This document shows positions 59,138 through 64,000 of a stretch of 64,000 bases of DNA, piece after piece. The position numbers were made by a program, and so were the translations under genes. The notes beneath the pieces were generated by a model that saw nothing but the letters and a program-made list of their open reading frames with translations, was not told where the DNA came from and did not search any database. The first letter of the stretch is position 1. Each line of letters starts with the position of its first letter. The DNA is from Aplysia californica (taxonomy: Eukaryota): NCBI RefSeq assembly GCF_000002075.1, contig NW_004797572.1, positions 421,828-485,827 of the forward strand, read 5' to 3'.

Positions 59138-61021
59138 TGTTCATGCAGGAAATCTAGTTAGTTTTTAGAGGATTGAACACAAAGCTAGTATTACTTTTTT
59201 CTCTTTTGCTTTTTACATTATTAACCCATTCCCTAAGTGCCGCATGAAATCATACTGCAGATCTCATTACTGCTGGCTACATGTGCATCGTATGCTGTGG
59301 GGGATCAAGGAATATTTTTCCTCCCTCACTGAGACGTGGGACAGCGTGTGTGGGGGAAATTAATTTAATACTCTCATGAATAATGCATCTACCGCCTTTC
59401 TGTCTCTTACTTGTGTTCATTTGCTGGCACTCTTAACAGAAATAGCTTCTCGTTGACCAAAATCATTTGATTCTCATTTATGTCTAGATGTTGAAATGCT
59501 CCAAGGAAAGTGAAAATTTTGCTATTTATTTTTATTTTAATGAAAATTATGACTTGAGTCTTTCTATGACAGAAAAGAAACTGATGTTTAATATCAAATA
59601 TCATAATATAGTAGTATAAGTGATTGTGATTTGTGAAGCCCTGTGTATTTTTTAATAAGCAATAATAATTATAATCCACTATGCATGGCCACTCGGGCTA
59701 AATGAGCACTTGGGCAATAAATTGAATTAGGAAGGAGTGGGTATGAATTTTTCTTGTAAAAGTATGATGTACATCCGAGGAAAAGATAAATTGTTGTTCA
59801 TGTTTCTCAGTGGTTGTTTTTTGGATGAACTTGCTTGTACTTGCCTTCGAAATTCTAGTAAATTTTTTTCATTTTTGATATTTCAGTTGTTTCTCTGAGT
59901 TTATTTAGTTCAAATGTGCTTCTTATATAAATCCTTTTCTTCAGTTATTGACATCGCAGGGTGAAGGGAGATGTGATATAAGACACAAGTGCGAGAGTGG
60001 ATCAGATAGTAATGGAATTTGCCACAAATGCTAAAATGTTACCTTAAGTCTTAAATGCAGTACACCTAATTGGTTGCTTTTAAGCACAAGGGGGCTATCC
60101 GGAAAAATGCTGTTTTGAAAAAATCGAAGGTAAAGTTTTTGAACCCTTGTTAAGTTTCTTTAAAAGACGAGAGTTTTCACTACGACCAAAAAAAATACAC
60201 ACCAGTGAAACCAAACTTATCCTATAGGGAGGGCAATGCCTATTTTTGGTGTAGGTCAAGATTTCTGGAAACCCCTGAAATCTGGGTTAGCCCGCTGTCC
60301 TTAAAAGCAACAAATTAATCTATACCATGTCTTCTCTCGAACCAACCATTGGAGTTTCATCATCATGTGACGTCTCTCTAACTCTTGATTATTTTTATGA
60401 CATCAGAAACTACGGATTGTTTGCGCTCTGGAGGAAACAAGATGATGCTCACAAAAGAAAATTTTCATTTTACATCTGTATGAACTTTGAACTTGACAAA
60501 GCATGAAAATTAGCAAAGTGTTTGTGCTGAATGTGCTTTTTTTTATATGACACAGTATATCACTGGGAAGAAAAATTTTTTGAATGGAGACGCACAGTGC
60601 AGTAACCCACATTCTAGCCACCCAAGTTCCCTTGTGAAGAGAAAACCGTTGATGTTACCTAGCATTACATTGCGCAAGATCCCCATATCTCTTTAAAAGA
60701 ACTTAATGACATGTCTGGGCTTTTGTTTGGTTTGGTTGAAAACATTATTCGTGGAGGACTCCATGTTAAAAAAGTATGTTCCCGTTGGATAACCCATTTA
60801 CTAAGGAATATAAAAGGAGTGTAAATGTGTCACAAAATTGCTCAGTAGATTTGGAACCCGTGGGCCCACGTGACTTACAGCCTTTGTCTTAAGGGAGGAA
60901 ACACAGATTCCCATTTTCAGAATTCCATCACCACGGCTGAATTACTTGTCACGATAGATTTAAAAAATGAGACATGCCTGTCATTTTGCTTCCAGGATTT
61001 CAAAGAAGAAAGGGGGGGGGG

Positions 61022-61512
61022 GGGGCTCTTGTGACCTAGAGGTTAAGGTGTTCACCTCTCTTACAAAGGTCCTCTGTTTGAATCTGGGTAGTGGCAGAAA
61101 AATTTTCTTCTCTAAAATTGTCTCCTTTCACCTTCTTTCCTTCTCTCTTGCAATATTCTGTCGTCTGCTTTCGTCTCCACTTTCTTCCCCCACCCCCTCC
61201 ACTGGGATCCTGACTTTTTCTGCAACCTTTCTACTGCTACTCTTTGGCTCCTTTTTACTGGTGTCTTTCAGCCACGCCCCTGATCTTCTGGTAAGAAAGA
61301 TGTACACCTAGCCTTCTCGGACAAGGGCGAAAAATCTCGGAGGTCCGGTGTGCAAGTTGCTCTCGTTAAGATCCCTTTATGGTCCAAAATCGATAAGAGT
61401 CGGCTTCGACCGCCACCCGATCAAAATTCAAAATTTCCTACCAATTAAAAATGTTTGGTGTGTCTCGTGCGCTCATAATATGACCTTATGCAGTTGCGAG
61501 CGCATTAAAACA
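61022..61512 (+). mobile_element. Near full-length tRNA-derived SINE with Deu/Nin-like core
   Basis: A-box-like TGACCTAGAGGTTAAGG, B-box-like GTTTGAATC, core CTCGGACAAG..GAGGTCCGGTGTGCA..CGTTAAGATCCC, tail CTTATGCAGTTGCGAGCGC. Confidence 0.75.
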
Positions 61513-61559
61513 CAAAAAGAAAGAAGAAAGAGGCTTTTAACTTTTACTGTCTTTTTCAA

Positions 61560-62070
61560 TTCCAGTAGTGTCCTTGTGGTTGGCATCATACCCACACAAA
61601 ACCACTGTGACTCCTACTATGAGCGAAAGTTACTGCCCCAGTTTAAAAAATGTCACTGACGAGCAAAAACCAAAGACCATAATTCTTTTCCATACATGCT
61701 CCTCCATGACAATGCAGCTCCCAAGAAAGCAAGGGTCACAACTCTGTGCATGCAACAAGAGTAAGGGATGCAAGTTTTTTCTCTTCATCCAGTCTACACA
61801 CCTGACTCCCGAGGACTTCTACTTCTAGTACTTCAGGTTATCCTATTTTGAAAGATGAGGTTGATGGACAAAAGTTTGAAAGCATTCAGGACTTCCCAAG
61901 AACAGTATTCAAAAGTGCGAAACATACCAGAAGCTGATTTCCACATAGCCTTTCAGTAGTAGTAGCTGTAGAGGCTGAAATCCTGCATACAAAGTCGAGA
62001 AGAACATTTAAAGGTACTAAGGCAACAAAGGCCCTTTTGTATTTGGTTAACTGAATTTACAAAACAACCG
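61560..62070 (+). mobile_element. Degenerate mariner transposase fragment
   Basis: Frameshifted HPVYTPD(L)TPEDFYF..LKDEVDGQKFE, matching the mariner HPPYSPDLAPxDFxLF motif. Confidence 0.55.
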
Positions 62071-62441
62071 TTCTAGTATAAAGGAATGCTTCACTCATGT
62101 GCTTGCTGTTGTAAGTCCATTAAATTTAGATCTAAATTTAATCTTTCATCGAGTGTTCGAAACTCGTTTATCCAAATAATATGATGTAGGCCTACCAGTA
62201 AATGTGTGCCAGATGTTACTGAGAAGCAATCCTAAAACCAAGCACAAATGTCTGGTGTTCATTAATTTTTTACTCCTGGTCAGAGCACTGGCAATATAAT
62301 ATGCCTTTGGAGATCTGGAAAGCCTAATGGGTTTTTTCAGAGGGGGAAGGGGGAGATTGAAAAAAGTGCATGTTAGAATCAGACTAAGCCTTTCTTTTGT
62401 TTATTCTGATGTACCTAAAGGAGTTTAGACTCTCTCTCTCT

Positions 62442-62475
<34 letters not shown>

Positions 62476-62542
62476 TTATAGTCAGCAGGAGGTGTGCTAG
62501 TTTGACCCTGCCACTGCCTGAAAGTGCCAACCTAGGATTTGC

Positions 62543-62544
62543 AG

Positions 62545-62578
<34 letters not shown>

Positions 62579-62835
62579 TGTCAGATCTGTGACAGACATC
62601 GGCGATCATGGTTCTCCATTCATTCCTTTGCTCGGATGCTTTCAAAAAAGCCACGTTTCCCCGATCTTTCCCCGTTACCCATTTGTTTAGGTTCCCCAAG
62701 TATGTTGTTCTGGGCCTTCCCCTGCCTCGCTTGCCCTCAATTTTGCCAGTGAGAGCTAGATGTTCAAGACTCTTATGTCTATTTATGTGTCCCAAAAACT
62801 GCATCTGTCGTTTCCTGATTGTTCAGCATAAGGAC
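62543..62835 (-). mobile_element. RTE LINE 3' end with (GAT)n tail
   Basis: QFLGHINRHKSLEHLALTGKIEGKRGRGRPRTTY..WRTMIADV; (CAT)n on the + strand. A (CT)n(CA)n microsatellite lies just upstream at 62430-62472. Confidence 0.9.
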
Positions 62836-64000
62836 AAAAATACCCTTCTATAAAAAATATCTGCCCCTCTTAAGAAGAAAACTAGTGTCTTCAGCATGCA
62901 AAGCGATAAAACTGACCTTAATACCAAAGACACCTCTGTCCAAAGGAACAGCAAAACAATTCAAATCCAAGTCCTGATAAGTATTTATCCCCCAGTCACC
63001 ATGGGCATGCATCAGCTATTAGGTTTTCTTTTTTTCTTTTTGCAGAGAATTTCTCAAACTATCACCTTAGGCACTCCTCTGTCCGTGAGCCCGTAACAAT
63101 ATATGTAATGTAACTGCTGGTATTTTTGTTTTCTATTCCTTTGGGTGTTTTTTTTGAAGAAACATGAAGTTGATCTAACTGAGTGGGTATTGGATATGGT
63201 GTGGTACATTATAAAGTAAATTATAACATTCCCTTTGACACTGTGTAATTATTTAAAGAGCAGGCAGTTCAATCCCATGCGCAATGTATGTTGGACAAAA
63301 AGGCACTGAAAAAAGATTCATGGACGAAGTAATAGTAATAGAAAAAAAAACCCCAAATTTTATAACTAAAATGTTTACTGGAACCTCTCCAAGAAACACT
63401 CATAATATAGATCTTCCAATATATGCACATGAACCCTCATCAATTTAAACAGGCAGCACTACTTTAATTTAACATAAATTAAAGTATTAAAAGACAGTTT
63501 CAGTTATTTATTTGTACAAGAAATGACTGAAATGAAAAGTACAAACAAGTCAACCACTGACCCGGTCCAAGTAATGGATAGTAGTTTATTAGATATGTAG
63601 ACTCTTGCATGTATGTTTATATCAGGAGACCCAACAGAAATGACACCAAGACACAAACACAATTGCAGATGTGTTGTTTTTTTTACACTTATGTACAATC
63701 TTGTCCAACATATAACTCTTCAAACATATTTATTTGTGGACATGAAAGTATCAGGAAACAAGACTTCATGGAGAAAAAAAAAAAGACCACGTATTGCAAA
63801 CAAAAAGTGCAGTGAAATTACTACAAAATAATCTTTTAACGAATTTCTATACTTGAAACTTTGCTCTACCATAATCAAGGTTCAACAAGGGCCTAAAGAG
63901 AGATCATTTTTATGCTTATGTCACCTGTATTTTCCATTCCTGTGAATGAATGGATGGTTGGTACACAAATGAAAGAAAAACTACTGAACTAATAACCTCT

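Noticed and set aside
63507-64000. Possible 3' UTR of a minus-strand gene beyond the window (TTTATT at 63507-63512)
   Set aside because: Only a hexamer and base skew; no exon evidence within the window.

Overview
Animal genomic DNA (intron-rich and repeat-rich; the SINE/LINE repertoire suggests a mollusc, probably a gastropod, but this is inference). It has five N gaps. Three protein-coding genes can be read. (1) CFAP206 (+ strand, 15 coding exons, 10500-29233, 637 aa; all GT-AG junctions keep frame). (2) An intronless class-III GLUT/Tret1-like sugar porter (- strand, 40600-41994, 464 aa) with unusual substrate-pocket residues. (3) A 5-exon, 162-aa secreted Cys-rich protein with DUF1499-like motifs (+ strand, 51254-59137) that the ORF track does not show as a gene. 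Two compact promoters (~6.5 kb and ~42.1 kb) both look bidirectional. Both are flanked by (AGATCT)n runs and carry the same G-rich MITE at a similar distance and orientation. Mobile DNA includes an internally deleted Ingi/Nimb-type LINE whose 5' end folds into an HDV-like ribozyme, a decayed Chapaev-like (RAG1/Transib-related) transposon, RTE fragments, tRNA-derived Deu/Nin-like SINEs, and Tc1/pogo-, hAT- and TTAA-type MITEs. There are no CRISPR arrays, rRNA genes or intact tRNA genes.
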